Shown here piece by piece: positions 9,578 to 19,713 of a stretch of DNA of 34,151 bases. The DNA comes from a virus. Its lineage: Duplodnaviria > Caudoviricetes. The notes under the pieces were generated by a model. It worked only from the letters and a program-made list of their open reading frames with translations, was not told where the DNA came from and searched no databases. Both the position numbers and the translations under genes were made by a program. Location of the stretch: positions 1 through 34,151 of the IMG/VR virus record IMGVR_UViG_3300020042_009544; one strand, given 5' to 3'. How positions within the stretch are numbered: the stretch's first letter is position 1; every line of letters begins with the position of its first letter.

Positions 9578-10306
9578 ATGGAAAATAAATTAAACATCCC
9601 AACAGAAATTGTTGAGTTACCATCATTAGGATTAATCTATCCTGAATCATCTCCTTTATCAAGCGGAAAAATTGAAATGAAATACATGACCGCTCGTGAA
9701 GAAGATATTTTAACTAACCAAAACTATATACAAAAAGGTACAGTATTAGATGAGTTAGTCAAATCACTCATTGTATCCAATATAAATTATGATGATTTAT
9801 GTGTTGGTGATAAAAACGCGGTCTTAGTAGCAGCTCGTATCTTAGGATATGGTAAAGACTATTCGTTTAGTTGGGGTGGAGAAGAATATAATATTGATTT
9901 AACCGCAATTGATAATAAACCTTTAAACGAAAAATTGTTTAATAAAGGTACTAATGATTTTGATTTTGAATTACCTACAACTAGTGTAAGAATAACATTT
10001 AAGTTATTAACAAATCATGATGAAAAGAAAATTAAAGCAGAAACAGACGGTCTAAAGAAAATTAATAAAAACTCTTCTACAGATATATCTACTCGCTTAA
10101 AATATATGATTACTTCAATAAATGGTAACCGTGATTCTAAAGACATCAGAGAATTTGTAGACACAATGCTAGCTCGTGACTCCAGAGCGTTAAGGGAGTA
10201 TATAAAGGAGGTGCAACCAGACGTGGATCTGACCTTTTTTCCCAACGGGAGCAACGAAAAAGTCTCAATTCCAGTTGGACTTAGCTTTTTTTGGCCTGAC
10301 ATCTGA
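9578..10306 (+). CDS. Baseplate hub assembly / tail assembly chaperone (T4 gp26-like)
   Basis: ELPS.G..Y, MTAREEDIL, L..GD...L..ARI..YG motifs; located between tube and tape measure genes; ends FFWPDI. Confidence 0.75.
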   Translation: MENKLNIPTEIVELPSLGLIYPESSPLSSGKIEMKYMTAREEDILTNQNYIQKGTVLDELVKSLIVSNINYDDLCVGDKNAVLVAARILGYGKDYSFSWGGEEYNIDLTAIDNKPLNEKLFNKGTNDFDFELPTTSVRITFKLLTNHDEKKIKAETDGLKKINKNSSTDISTRLKYMITSINGNRDSKDIREFVDTMLARDSRALREYIKEVQPDVDLTFFPNGSNEKVSIPVGLSFFWPDI

Positions 10307-10580
10307 TCTAGCGCCTCAATTTAGATCCATTATATTTACTCAAATACATGAAATAGTATTTCATGGTCAAGGAGGATATGATTGGGAAACAGTTTATAAT
10401 ATGCCTATTTGGCTACGTAAGTTTACTTTTCATAAATTAAAAGAACATTATGAAAATCAAAATAAACAAAATAATGATGATTTAGCATCTCAATCTCAAA
10501 AGATTAAAGAGGGTAAAGTAGATATTCCCGCTCACCTAAAAGGAAAATTAAATAACAGTAAAAGAGCAGCCAAGTATTAA
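10275..10580 (+). CDS. Second chaperone segment (gp51 / 'T'-like), probably expressed as a frameshift extension of the upstream gene
   Basis: Only a TTG start is available; overlaps the upstream gene across a T7 run (10286-10292); VYNMPIWLR motif; directly precedes the tape measure gene. Confidence 0.65.
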   Translation: MDLAFFGLTSDLAPQFRSIIFTQIHEIVFHGQGGYDWETVYNMPIWLRKFTFHKLKEHYENQNKQNNDDLASQSQKIKEGKVDIPAHLKGKLNNSKRAAKY

Positions 10581-10595
10581 TTCTTGGCTTTCTCT
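10568..10595 (+). terminator. Possible weak intrinsic terminator hairpin
   Basis: AGCCAAG (10568-10574) pairs with CTTGGCT (10583-10589), 8-nt loop holding the stop codon, followed by TTCTCT. Confidence 0.4.
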
Positions 10596-10604
10596 ATATT
10601 TATA
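10596..10604 (+). promoter_or_regulatory. Putative late promoter motif ATATTTATA
   Basis: Intergenic copy 15 nt before ATG 10620. Confidence 0.7.
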
Positions 10605-10619
10605 TCTATATAATATACT

Positions 10620-12953
10620 ATGGCGCAATTATCACCCCAAGAAGTACAAGAATTAGTTAACCTCTATAAAAAAATAGACGGGTTTACTGAGGCCGCTGCT
10701 AGAAACGCAGCTCAAATGGCTGAACAACAAGGTCGTGCTAGTGCTGAATTAGTTCGACTTAGGGATGCATATGCTGATCTTTTAAGAGATGTAAATTCTT
10801 CTTTAACTTCTTTTACTAACATTGTTGATGAAATAAAAAACATGAACAGTGGTGTGAGTAAAACTATTACTGGTTTTAAAGGATTAGAAAGTTTAGCTTC
10901 TAAATTACAATATCATCAACAAGGAATTAGTCGTTTATCTACTAAAGAATTAGAAACTTTACAGAAAAAAGCTAGCCAAAGAAAAAAAGATCTAGAAAAT
11001 GCCAGAGATCAAACAGCAGCTGAAATTACTAGGTTACAAAATATTCGTCATTTATCTCTTGCTCTTGAAGAACAGTATAAAAACGCTGTAACAGCAAACA
11101 ATAATATAAACGCTCAATTAAATGACAATAATAGTGCTTTAAAAACTTTTAATGATCAAATTGAACATGCTGTTAATAATTCTAAAAAAATTGATAAAAC
11201 TTTAGGTAATACAGGAGCATTATTAAAAGGAATTAGTAAAATTCCATTCCTAGCTAACCTACCAGGTATGGATAAGGTTTTAGGTGATGTAGAAGAAGAA
11301 ATAGCTAAAATTCAAAAAGAAACAGGTAAAACTGTTTCAAAAACAGAAGCTATGGGTATGGCTTTTTCAAAAATGGGACCTGTTATAGGTAAATCTTTAA
11401 TAGATCCTATGACTGGTGTTACATTTTTAGCTAAACAAATATTTGATGCTTTTAAAGCTATAGACGCAGGAGCTGGGGAGTTAGCTAAGAATAATAATAT
11501 GTCTTATAATAGCGCTCTTAAACTTAGAGAAGAATTTACTAGCATAGCTACAAGTTCGGGAGATGCTGCTCTTAATGGTAAAAGATTATCTGATACTTAT
11601 AATGCTATTGGTGCATCATTAGGAGCTAATGCTGATATTAATCAAGCTGATTTAGAAACATTTACTAAATTAAGAGAACAAGCTGGGTACACTAATGATG
11701 AATTAATTGGTATGTATAAAATGTCTTTAGTCACTGGTGAAAGTATACAAGACACAACCTCAGAATTTTTAGGTGGGGCAACAGCATTAGCAGCCCAAAA
11801 AGGTTTAGCAATTAATGTTAAACAATTAATGAAAGACACAGCTGGTGCTTCTAATACTATTAAATTATCATTAGGTGGAAGTGCTAAAGAACTAGCTGAA
11901 GCAGCTGTAGCTGCTAAAGCATTAGGATCTGATCTAGGTAAAGTAGAAGCTATATCTGGTAAATTACTTAATTTTGAAGATAGCATATCAGCTGAATTAG
12001 AAGCAGAATTATTAACAGGTAAAGCAATTAATTTAGAAACAGCTCGTCTAGCTGCGTTAAATAATGATATAGCTACTGTAGCATCAGAAATCCAAAGAGA
12101 GATGGGTGGCTCAGCTGAGTTTGCTAAAATGAATCGCATTCAACAAGAAGCATTTGCTAATGCTGTTGGTATGAGTAGAGAAGAATTAGCTAATACTTTA
12201 GTAGAACAAGAAGCATTACAAAGAGTAGGAGCTAAAACTGGTGAAGAAGCTAAAGCTAAATATGATTTACTCCGTAAAACAATGTCAGCTGAGCAAGCAG
12301 CTGCATCATTAGGAGATAAAGAATTAGCTAAGCAATATGAACAACAATCTGTAGCTGAAAAATTCCAACAAGCTGTTGAAAAAATAAAAGACATATTTGT
12401 CACTATAGTAGATGGACCATTTGGGAAAATGCTATCTGGATTTTCATCTTTACTTAGTAATGCTGGAGTATTAAAAGGAATATTAGTAGGTATAGGCATA
12501 GTATTAGCAGGAATGGCGATAAATGCAATTATGACGGCTTCAGCTCTTACTTTAGGAGCAGCTATAGCAGCTGTAGTAGTAGGAGCAGCTGTGGCATTTT
12601 CTGCTCAAGACTCAGCTACTCAAAGAGCACAATCACAAGCCGGGAATGTTAAATCAGTTAATTTAAATGATGGAGCAATTGCACCCCCAGGAGTTGACCC
12701 AAATGGAGGTATAGTTGCTTCTTTACCTAAAGGAGGAATAATAGCTCAATATAGTAAAGATGATTATATTGTAGGTACAACTAATAAACCTGGGGCCGGA
12801 AGAAACGATGAAAGTTTTGTTGAAAGTATTATTAAAAAAACACTATCATCTCAACCCCCTATAAATATAGCTCCCGCAGTTTACTTAGATGGTAAAAAGA
12901 TATCTGATAATACCCAAACTAATACTAATATATCTTCTATCAAAATGCAATAA
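10620..12953 (+). CDS. Tail tape measure protein
   Basis: 777 aa, Ala/Glu/Lys-rich helical sequence, hydrophobic stretch GILVGIGIVLAGMAINAIMTASALTLGAAIAAVVVGAAVAF, C-terminal VYLDGKKI; canonical position after the chaperones. Confidence 0.85.
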   Translation: MAQLSPQEVQELVNLYKKIDGFTEAAARNAAQMAEQQGRASAELVRLRDAYADLLRDVNSSLTSFTNIVDEIKNMNSGVSKTITGFKGLESLASKLQYHQQGISRLSTKELETLQKKASQRKKDLENARDQTAAEITRLQNIRHLSLALEEQYKNAVTANNNINAQLNDNNSALKTFNDQIEHAVNNSKKIDKTLGNTGALLKGISKIPFLANLPGMDKVLGDVEEEIAKIQKETGKTVSKTEAMGMAFSKMGPVIGKSLIDPMTGVTFLAKQIFDAFKAIDAGAGELAKNNNMSYNSALKLREEFTSIATSSGDAALNGKRLSDTYNAIGASLGANADINQADLETFTKLREQAGYTNDELIGMYKMSLVTGESIQDTTSEFLGGATALAAQKGLAINVKQLMKDTAGASNTIKLSLGGSAKELAEAAVAAKALGSDLGKVEAISGKLLNFEDSISAELEAELLTGKAINLETARLAALNNDIATVASEIQREMGGSAEFAKMNRIQQEAFANAVGMSREELANTLVEQEALQRVGAKTGEEAKAKYDLLRKTMSAEQAAASLGDKELAKQYEQQSVAEKFQQAVEKIKDIFVTIVDGPFGKMLSGFSSLLSNAGVLKGILVGIGIVLAGMAINAIMTASALTLGAAIAAVVVGAAVAFSAQDSATQRAQSQAGNVKSVNLNDGAIAPPGVDPNGGIVASLPKGGIIAQYSKDDYIVGTTNKPGAGRNDESFVESIIKKTLSSQPPINIAPAVYLDGKKISDNTQTNTNISSIKMQ

Positions 12954-12959
12954 CAAGTA

Positions 12960-12968
12960 ATATTTATA
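12960..12968 (+). promoter_or_regulatory. Putative late promoter motif ATATTTATA
   Basis: Intergenic copy upstream of ATG 12992. Confidence 0.7.
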
Positions 12969-12991
12969 TTAAACATTAAAACAATACAATC

Positions 12992-13270
12992 ATGGACTTA
13001 CTAGACAAACTTACAAAACAAGGATCTTCATTAACATCATATAATGGTGTAACTCCAACAGTAAATCCTTTAGCTACACAACAATCACAACTTCAAACCT
13101 ATTCACTTAATGGTGCTGATAAAGGTTTAGTAAACGCGTCTTACCAAGAGTATTTAGATGGGACAGTAAATACGTTGCCTAGTCCATCACAATTGGATTT
13201 AAACGGTGTTACACCAAGTATATCACCAAGCGGACAAGTGTTACCTTATTCAATTAATACGCCTCGTTAA
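12992..13270 (+). CDS. Small hypothetical virion-module protein, possible single-unit relative of the 718-aa repeat protein
   Basis: MDLLDKLTKQGSSLTS resembles MNLLERLQQGQTLLS; EYLD...TLPSPSQLDLNG resembles the repeat unit. Confidence 0.7.
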   Translation: MDLLDKLTKQGSSLTSYNGVTPTVNPLATQQSQLQTYSLNGADKGLVNASYQEYLDGTVNTLPSPSQLDLNGVTPSISPSGQVLPYSINTPR

Positions 13271-15051
13271 TGCCTTTAATTAATCTAAGAACTAATTTAA
13301 AGACTACTTCTGATTATACATCTACTGACCCTAATTTAACTTATGGTCATGATAGAAAAGGAGGAGGTTCAAGTAATCAACCATATATTGTTACCCTAAT
13401 CCCAAAGGGAAATGATAATGTACCTTCGTCCCCAGATTTTTTACTGCGTAATGGTTATTTAAATCCTATTAATTCATTACAAGATGTTAAAAGAATATCT
13501 AAATTTTTAAATCCAATTGGTCAAGGAGCATCTATAAATGGTCTTTTATTTACCATTAAGCAAGGATTATTAGAAAGACAAAATGCTAAAGTAGTAAATG
13601 GTTTTAGTAGGTTATTTAATCCTCTTCAACCTATTTTACAAGCTGGAGTATTATCTATAGGATATCATTTAAATAAACAAGGATTTAATGTATTTAAAAG
13701 AGGATATTATGATGGAGGTAGAGAAGGATATTTTGAAATAACTAGAACTGATAGTCTTGTAGGTAATAGTTCCCAAATAGGAGTTAATCGTTTAGTATCA
13801 TTATTTAACATAAAACAAAACTTATTAGCTACACCTACAACTGATACTATAGGTAGACTTAAATATGATATCAGTTTAGATTCTAATACATTATTATCTT
13901 ATTCTGGGGGCCCAGGATCAATTTTAGGAATTCTTGGCAAAACTAATATTAGAATCCAAAATCCATTAGCGTTTAAAACATATATACCAAGTATTCCAAA
14001 TTCAACTACTTTTGGTTATCCTATTGAAAAAACTCCTGAAACTTACTTAGCCCCAGATAGTGCTAATATTAAAAATATATATTCAATACCATTTTCAGGT
14101 TATGGAAATTTTAGTACTTACAAAAATAACACATATAAATCAACACAAACTTCATTTAATAGAAAAAGAAAAGGGACTACTCAAGTAATTAATCCAAACT
14201 TATCTATATCACCAGATAATAATTTTGATTTTGGAGATGATATTATAGATTTCCAATTTGAATTACTTAATAATGAAGGATTATCTAGCCCTAATACTGT
14301 ACTAAATTTTAGAGCATATATTGATGATTTTAGTGATACATTTAATGGTGATTGGGAAGCATATAGATATGTTGGTAGAGGTGAAAATTTTTACAAATAT
14401 AAAGGATTTACTCGTGACTTAAGTATTGGCTTTACAGCCCCAGTCCTATCAAGAGCAGACATGGTTAACATGTATCAAAAATTAAATGGATTAGTTTGGG
14501 CTACTGCCCCTGATTACTCAGGTGCTGGCTTGATGAGAGGTACTTTAGTTAAATTTACAATGGGTGATTATTTAAGAAACTCTATATCTATTATTAAATC
14601 TATTACTTTTACCCCAATTATGGAAATGGGATTTGATATAAATAGAAATGAAGATGGTACTAAAATCCCATTTGGAAATAATTTATACACAGGTCAATTA
14701 CCTAAAGGTATTAGAGTACAATGTAATATGATCCCATTAAATCAAGGAATTGAAGGAGAGGTAGATACAGGAATTGAAGGTATAACTGAAAATAAGACAT
14801 TATATTATTCTATCCAGCGAGGTGAAGCATTTGTTGGTAATAGAACTCATGTTATTAAAGATAGAGATCTAATAACTAGACAATATAATGAAACAGTAGC
14901 TACTCGTGGAGAATTCGAAAATTCTTTCTTACCTACTAACCCAGATTATTCACCATTAATGAATAATGTTGATATCCCATTACCTCCACCAGGTCCTTCT
15001 TTCCAAAGAACTTTTCCAGAACCTGATGTTAATGATATTTTATTTACTTAA
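13270..15051 (+). CDS. Putative baseplate / tail tube initiator protein
   Basis: 593 aa after the tape measure gene; C-terminal FRAYIDDFSDTFNGDW...YVGRGENFYKYKGFTRDLSIGF is tube-initiator-like. Function inferred mostly from synteny. Confidence 0.55.
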   Translation: MPLINLRTNLKTTSDYTSTDPNLTYGHDRKGGGSSNQPYIVTLIPKGNDNVPSSPDFLLRNGYLNPINSLQDVKRISKFLNPIGQGASINGLLFTIKQGLLERQNAKVVNGFSRLFNPLQPILQAGVLSIGYHLNKQGFNVFKRGYYDGGREGYFEITRTDSLVGNSSQIGVNRLVSLFNIKQNLLATPTTDTIGRLKYDISLDSNTLLSYSGGPGSILGILGKTNIRIQNPLAFKTYIPSIPNSTTFGYPIEKTPETYLAPDSANIKNIYSIPFSGYGNFSTYKNNTYKSTQTSFNRKRKGTTQVINPNLSISPDNNFDFGDDIIDFQFELLNNEGLSSPNTVLNFRAYIDDFSDTFNGDWEAYRYVGRGENFYKYKGFTRDLSIGFTAPVLSRADMVNMYQKLNGLVWATAPDYSGAGLMRGTLVKFTMGDYLRNSISIIKSITFTPIMEMGFDINRNEDGTKIPFGNNLYTGQLPKGIRVQCNMIPLNQGIEGEVDTGIEGITENKTLYYSIQRGEAFVGNRTHVIKDRDLITRQYNETVATRGEFENSFLPTNPDYSPLMNNVDIPLPPPGPSFQRTFPEPDVNDILFT

Positions 15052-15053
15052 TA

Positions 15054-15356
15054 ATGAACCGTTACAAATATATAAAAATAGAAAAAAACTCAGAAATTGG
15101 AGTTAAACAATATAGAGATTCTAAATATCCTTCTATATCACTTTCTTCTACTGATATATATGTTGTAACAACTATTGGTGATCGATATGATCTATTAGCT
15201 AACCAATATTATGGAGATAGCACTCTTTGGTGGATAATATCAACAGCAAATAGTCTCTTACCACAAAATTCTATATTTATACCTGTAGGAACTCAAATTC
15301 GTATTCCTACTGATATTAATAATATATTAACAAGTTATAATAATTTAAACTCTTGA
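15054..15356 (+). CDS. LysM-like baseplate wedge protein (gp53 / tail X-like)
   Basis: GDRYDLLANQYYGDSTLWWII..AN...GTQIRIP motif. Confidence 0.85.
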   Translation: MNRYKYIKIEKNSEIGVKQYRDSKYPSISLSSTDIYVVTTIGDRYDLLANQYYGDSTLWWIISTANSLLPQNSIFIPVGTQIRIPTDINNILTSYNNLNS

Positions 15357-15357
15357 T

Positions 15358-18300
15358 ATGGCTGAAGGTGTCGTTGTGGGAGCTAGTTTTGATGAGTTTG
15401 TCAAAACTCAAATCCAAGTTAGACAAGAAAAATTAGGTTTAGGTCTTAAAGACCAAAACATAATACAATTTGAAAATTCAAATACTCCCTTTATTCGTCT
15501 CTCATCAGGTGTAAATGTAAATAGTGATATATTATCACAATTAGAGTTACCAAATAATCCACTTTATACAGATAATGGTTTAGCAAATTATTTTAAATTA
15601 TATGGGGGTAGATCAGTATATATTAAAAGTTATGATCCTGTAAATTCAGAAAACACTGTAGGTAAACTTGATGTATTAACTAATGGATATGGATACTATG
15701 ATGGAGAAATAGGACAATATCCTACATCTTACGGATTTTACTCTAACTCAGATTATGGATATGTCCCACCCCCAGGAATTAAATCTATTAGTATAAAAGC
15801 GATGAACCGGGGTTCATTGCGTGAAGCTAATATAGAAATCCAATGTCATAATCTTCAACAATTTCAAATAATTGAAGTTTTATATTTACGTTTAAAATAT
15901 AGTATATTACTAGAATGGGGTCATAGTGTTTATTTTGATAATGATGGTGAATTCCAACAAAATAGATTTAATCTTTCTAATAAGTTTTTATCTGGCTCAC
16001 CTAGAGCTACTCATCAAGGTATGTTAGATGCTATTAAAGCAGCTAGACGTGATTCTAATGGTAATTATGATGGATTTTTTGGTTTAATAACTAATTTTTC
16101 TTGGACTTTAAGACCTGATGGAGGATATGATATAACTTTAACAGCTAGATCAACAGGAGACATTATTGAATCTTTAAAAATAAATACATCATATCCTGTT
16201 AAAAGTGGAGCTCCAATTCCTAATTTACCTTCCCCTACTTCAGGAAGTGGTGAACCTCCTGTACCATCAATGCAAGCAAATTTTTACAGAACTACTATTA
16301 ATAGAGTATTAGGCACTATACCAATTCACGTTTACCCAGCACGAAATTATGCTCATGGAGTAAATTTAGGTGAGTGGTCTGCATGTAATAGTGTTTTAGC
16401 TTCATCTACAGGATTACAAGCTGTATATAATAGGACTCTTGATGAAAGTGTTGAAAGTAATTATTTAACTTGGAATGAAATTATATGTCAAACATTCCCT
16501 AAATTAAATCAAGGAGCATATGCTAATAATGGTACATCAAAAAACATTCAATATTATTTAAAATTAGGAACCTTATTAAGAATATTAGAATCATTTTTAA
16601 TATATTATGATACTTCTAAAAGTGATAAAAATGGTAATGAACCTGTTATTAAAATAGATTATAACTATAATGACAATTATTGTTTAACATTCCCTAGACA
16701 TGCTTCTACTGACCCTAAAATATGTTTAATACCCTTATTTGGTGGGCAGATTGAAGGCTCAGAAACTGGAAATTTAACAACTAAAACAGTTTATGGAAAT
16801 ATCAAAGTATTTCCTGTAGATAGAAATATTATTCCAACATCACAACCAAGATTTTTTAATGCATATGCTGGGTACTTTGGACAAGTTTTTTCTAAAACCG
16901 AATTCTCCCCAGAAAGTACAAATATAAATGTTGGAGAATCATATAACTTTTTAGATGGAACTAACATTCAAGGAAATTTAGAAAATTTTTATTTAACTAG
17001 TGGTGGAACATATACCTTCCCTATAATAAATTATTTAGAATTAATATTTGATAATCTTAACTCAGCTCCTGATATAACTATAGAAGCTAGTAAAAATTAT
17101 GTAACAAATTTTTATAATGAAGATTTAGGTATAAAATATTTTTATGATGGAACTAATACAGATAATCTTGCTTTACGTGCTAAATTAGCTAATGGTTCTC
17201 CTTTAGCAGATATTAGAATAGATGGCACAACTCAAGAAATAACTCAATTCCAATACCAATATGCTAAAGATCAACAAGCAAGAGTTGAAAATGCAGAAGG
17301 GCGAAGATTTAGTTCCCCATTTATAGAAGTTAGAGCTAGAAGAGAAAATTTTGTTTTACAATCATTTGTAGAAGGAGATAGTAATTATTCCTCTAATAAT
17401 GAAGGAACTGGATTATATGATTATTTAAAAGATACTGGTTTTAAAGACGCGGATAAAAAATATGTAGGTAAATTAATGCATATGTATGTAAACGCTGAAT
17501 ATATATCTTCAACTTTAGATAAAAATGTTAATGATGATGGTGAACTTTCATTATATGATTTTTTATCTAATTTAATGAAAGGCATCCAAAGTGCTACAGG
17601 AAATATAAACAGTTTTGAGGTAGTGTATAATGAAGATGAAAACTTATTTAAAATAATTGATAATACATTTATTCCTGGTTTAGCAGCACCTTCTAAATCT
17701 ATTGTCCAATTTAACGCTAATATATTAAAAAATAATTACGGTAGTTTTATTCAAAGTGTTAATTTTAAAACTAAATTATCAAATAATTTTGCTACAATGA
17801 CTACTATTGGAGCTCAAAAGAATGGTAATGCAGTAGGTTCTAACTCAACTATGTTAAGTAAATGGAATGAAGGATTAGAAGATAGAATTATAACTGAGAG
17901 AAGTAATCCAAATGGTATTGGAACTGAAACAGTAGAAAATGCTTATTTACAAAATATTAGTAGATTAGTTAATTTTAACAACTCAGTCAATACATTAGTA
18001 ACTACTGAAGAAGACATATCTAGAATTAAAGGAGCTATGTCTGACATATTCCGATCAGAAATAGGTGAATTTACTAATGGAGGCTCAATCCCAGGAATCG
18101 GATTTATACCATTTGATTTAGAATTAACAATGTTAGGATTAAGTGGTCCTCGTATTTATGAGTCATACACTATAGACACTACTCTTTTACCTAGTGTTTA
18201 TAAAGATAAAATTCAATTTATATGCTCTGGGGTATCACATCAAGTAAATGAAAATGGATGGATAACTACATTAAATAGCATATGTGGTCCAAAATATGAT

Positions 18301-18894
18301 GATGTTGTTATATCTAATCCACCTAATGTAGATAATTATACTTCTATTAATCAAGATGAAGATGATGGTGGAGGTGGAGGAGAAGATGGTAGTAATGGAA
18401 GATTCCCAGATTCAGCATTAAAGGATATAGGTATTGGTAACAATAGACTTGTTATAGCAGCAGCAGATGCATTTATACAAATGAAAGCAGCTATGGATAC
18501 AGCAGGGATTCAATATAATCTTACAGACTCATATAGAACATTTAATGAACAAGATAGTATATTTGACTGGAATCTTTATGTAACAACCGGAGGAAATCGA
18601 TCAGACACAGCTGCAAATTATAATAGAAATGCAAAGCGCAAGAAAATAAACACAAATGGAACAGTAAATGCAGCATTCCCTGGAACATCAAATCATGGTT
18701 TAGGATTAGCTATAGATATATTCCCTCCAAATAATAATCAAGGGATAAATGTCCAAAAATGGATTAGAGAAAATGGAGTAAATTATGGATGGTCATGGAC
18801 TGAAGGTAGAGCAGCTAAAGAATTTTGGCATTTTACATATTTTCCAAATGATAGTAGAGTGTATACAACTGATTGGAATGGTGACCCTATATAA
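15358..18894 (+). CDS. Large baseplate hub-like protein with C-terminal M15 (VanY-like) zinc peptidase domain
   Basis: 1178 aa after the LysM gene; C-terminal SYRT..EQ, PGTSNHGLGLAID (SxHxxGxAxD) and EFWH behind an acidic/Gly linker DEDDGGGGGEDG. Confidence 0.8.
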   Translation: MAEGVVVGASFDEFVKTQIQVRQEKLGLGLKDQNIIQFENSNTPFIRLSSGVNVNSDILSQLELPNNPLYTDNGLANYFKLYGGRSVYIKSYDPVNSENTVGKLDVLTNGYGYYDGEIGQYPTSYGFYSNSDYGYVPPPGIKSISIKAMNRGSLREANIEIQCHNLQQFQIIEVLYLRLKYSILLEWGHSVYFDNDGEFQQNRFNLSNKFLSGSPRATHQGMLDAIKAARRDSNGNYDGFFGLITNFSWTLRPDGGYDITLTARSTGDIIESLKINTSYPVKSGAPIPNLPSPTSGSGEPPVPSMQANFYRTTINRVLGTIPIHVYPARNYAHGVNLGEWSACNSVLASSTGLQAVYNRTLDESVESNYLTWNEIICQTFPKLNQGAYANNGTSKNIQYYLKLGTLLRILESFLIYYDTSKSDKNGNEPVIKIDYNYNDNYCLTFPRHASTDPKICLIPLFGGQIEGSETGNLTTKTVYGNIKVFPVDRNIIPTSQPRFFNAYAGYFGQVFSKTEFSPESTNINVGESYNFLDGTNIQGNLENFYLTSGGTYTFPIINYLELIFDNLNSAPDITIEASKNYVTNFYNEDLGIKYFYDGTNTDNLALRAKLANGSPLADIRIDGTTQEITQFQYQYAKDQQARVENAEGRRFSSPFIEVRARRENFVLQSFVEGDSNYSSNNEGTGLYDYLKDTGFKDADKKYVGKLMHMYVNAEYISSTLDKNVNDDGELSLYDFLSNLMKGIQSATGNINSFEVVYNEDENLFKIIDNTFIPGLAAPSKSIVQFNANILKNNYGSFIQSVNFKTKLSNNFATMTTIGAQKNGNAVGSNSTMLSKWNEGLEDRIITERSNPNGIGTETVENAYLQNISRLVNFNNSVNTLVTTEEDISRIKGAMSDIFRSEIGEFTNGGSIPGIGFIPFDLELTMLGLSGPRIYESYTIDTTLLPSVYKDKIQFICSGVSHQVNENGWITTLNSICGPKYDDVVISNPPNVDNYTSINQDEDDGGGGGEDGSNGRFPDSALKDIGIGNNRLVIAAADAFIQMKAAMDTAGIQYNLTDSYRTFNEQDSIFDWNLYVTTGGNRSDTAANYNRNAKRKKINTNGTVNAAFPGTSNHGLGLAIDIFPPNNNQGINVQKWIRENGVNYGWSWTEGRAAKEFWHFTYFPNDSRVYTTDWNGDPI

Positions 18895-18905
18895 TATTAT
18901 CAATA

Positions 18906-19694
18906 ATGGCTTACTACCCTAAAAATAAAATTCAACAAAATCTCCAAACCAATGGTAATGAGTATAAAACTGTTAAAAACTTTAACCGTGGTGGAATTTT
19001 ATACTCAGGATTTTATTATAAGTTATTTAATGGTAAAACATATACTGGTCGATATCCTGGTGATGGAAATAATGAAGAAATAATTCCTGTTAATCCAACA
19101 ACCCAACCTGTTACTCCTAATCCAAATTCACTTGTTACAACTGATATACCACCTATGTTCCCAACTCCTAAAGATTATGAATTAGGAGTATTTACTCGTT
19201 ATTTTAGAAAAAAAAGAAACGAATACTTATTTGATGAATTAACAAAAGATCAATACAATACTGTTAACACAACATTATATATTAAATTTTCAATTCAATG
19301 GCAGCTTGTAGGTGATGTAAATACTATTTATAATACAAATAGAAATATGGTATTACTAGCAGAGCAAAGAGAAAAAGCATTAGGTCTTGGCTTATACTTA
19401 AAAGAAGATTATCTTAAATACTATAAAGCTCCAACTCAAGATAATTTATATACAAGTGGAAAAGAATTTAAAACTCCAAATGGAGGAGAGTATATAGGAT
19501 CTTACCATATCCACCCGGATAAAGGACCTATGGTTGGGGCTACTCACTCTATTGATTCTCATAGTATATTAATACCTATAAATAGTACATTCCAATCTTC
19601 AACAGGATCACAAATGATGTCTAATAACATACAACCAACTACTCTACCAAACTACTCATCAGGTGGTGGATCATCTGGTGGTAGTTCTTATTAA
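18906..19694 (+). CDS. Hypothetical baseplate-region protein
   Basis: 262 aa, Tyr-rich, with an internal duplicated segment NL.T.G.E.KT and a Ser/Gly tail. Confidence 0.7.
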   Translation: MAYYPKNKIQQNLQTNGNEYKTVKNFNRGGILYSGFYYKLFNGKTYTGRYPGDGNNEEIIPVNPTTQPVTPNPNSLVTTDIPPMFPTPKDYELGVFTRYFRKKRNEYLFDELTKDQYNTVNTTLYIKFSIQWQLVGDVNTIYNTNRNMVLLAEQREKALGLGLYLKEDYLKYYKAPTQDNLYTSGKEFKTPNGGEYIGSYHIHPDKGPMVGATHSIDSHSILIPINSTFQSSTGSQMMSNNIQPTTLPNYSSGGGSSGGSSY

Positions 19695-19702
19695 TATTTA
19701 TA
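19694..19702 (+). promoter_or_regulatory. Putative late promoter motif ATATTTATA
   Basis: Abuts the TAA at 19692-19694, 11 nt before ATG 19714. Confidence 0.7.
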
Positions 19703-19713
19703 TCAAAAAATAA

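Noticed and set aside
2161-18894. Extracellular contractile injection system or tailocin
   Set aside because: Neck genes and a linked replication/RNR module indicate a true phage genome.
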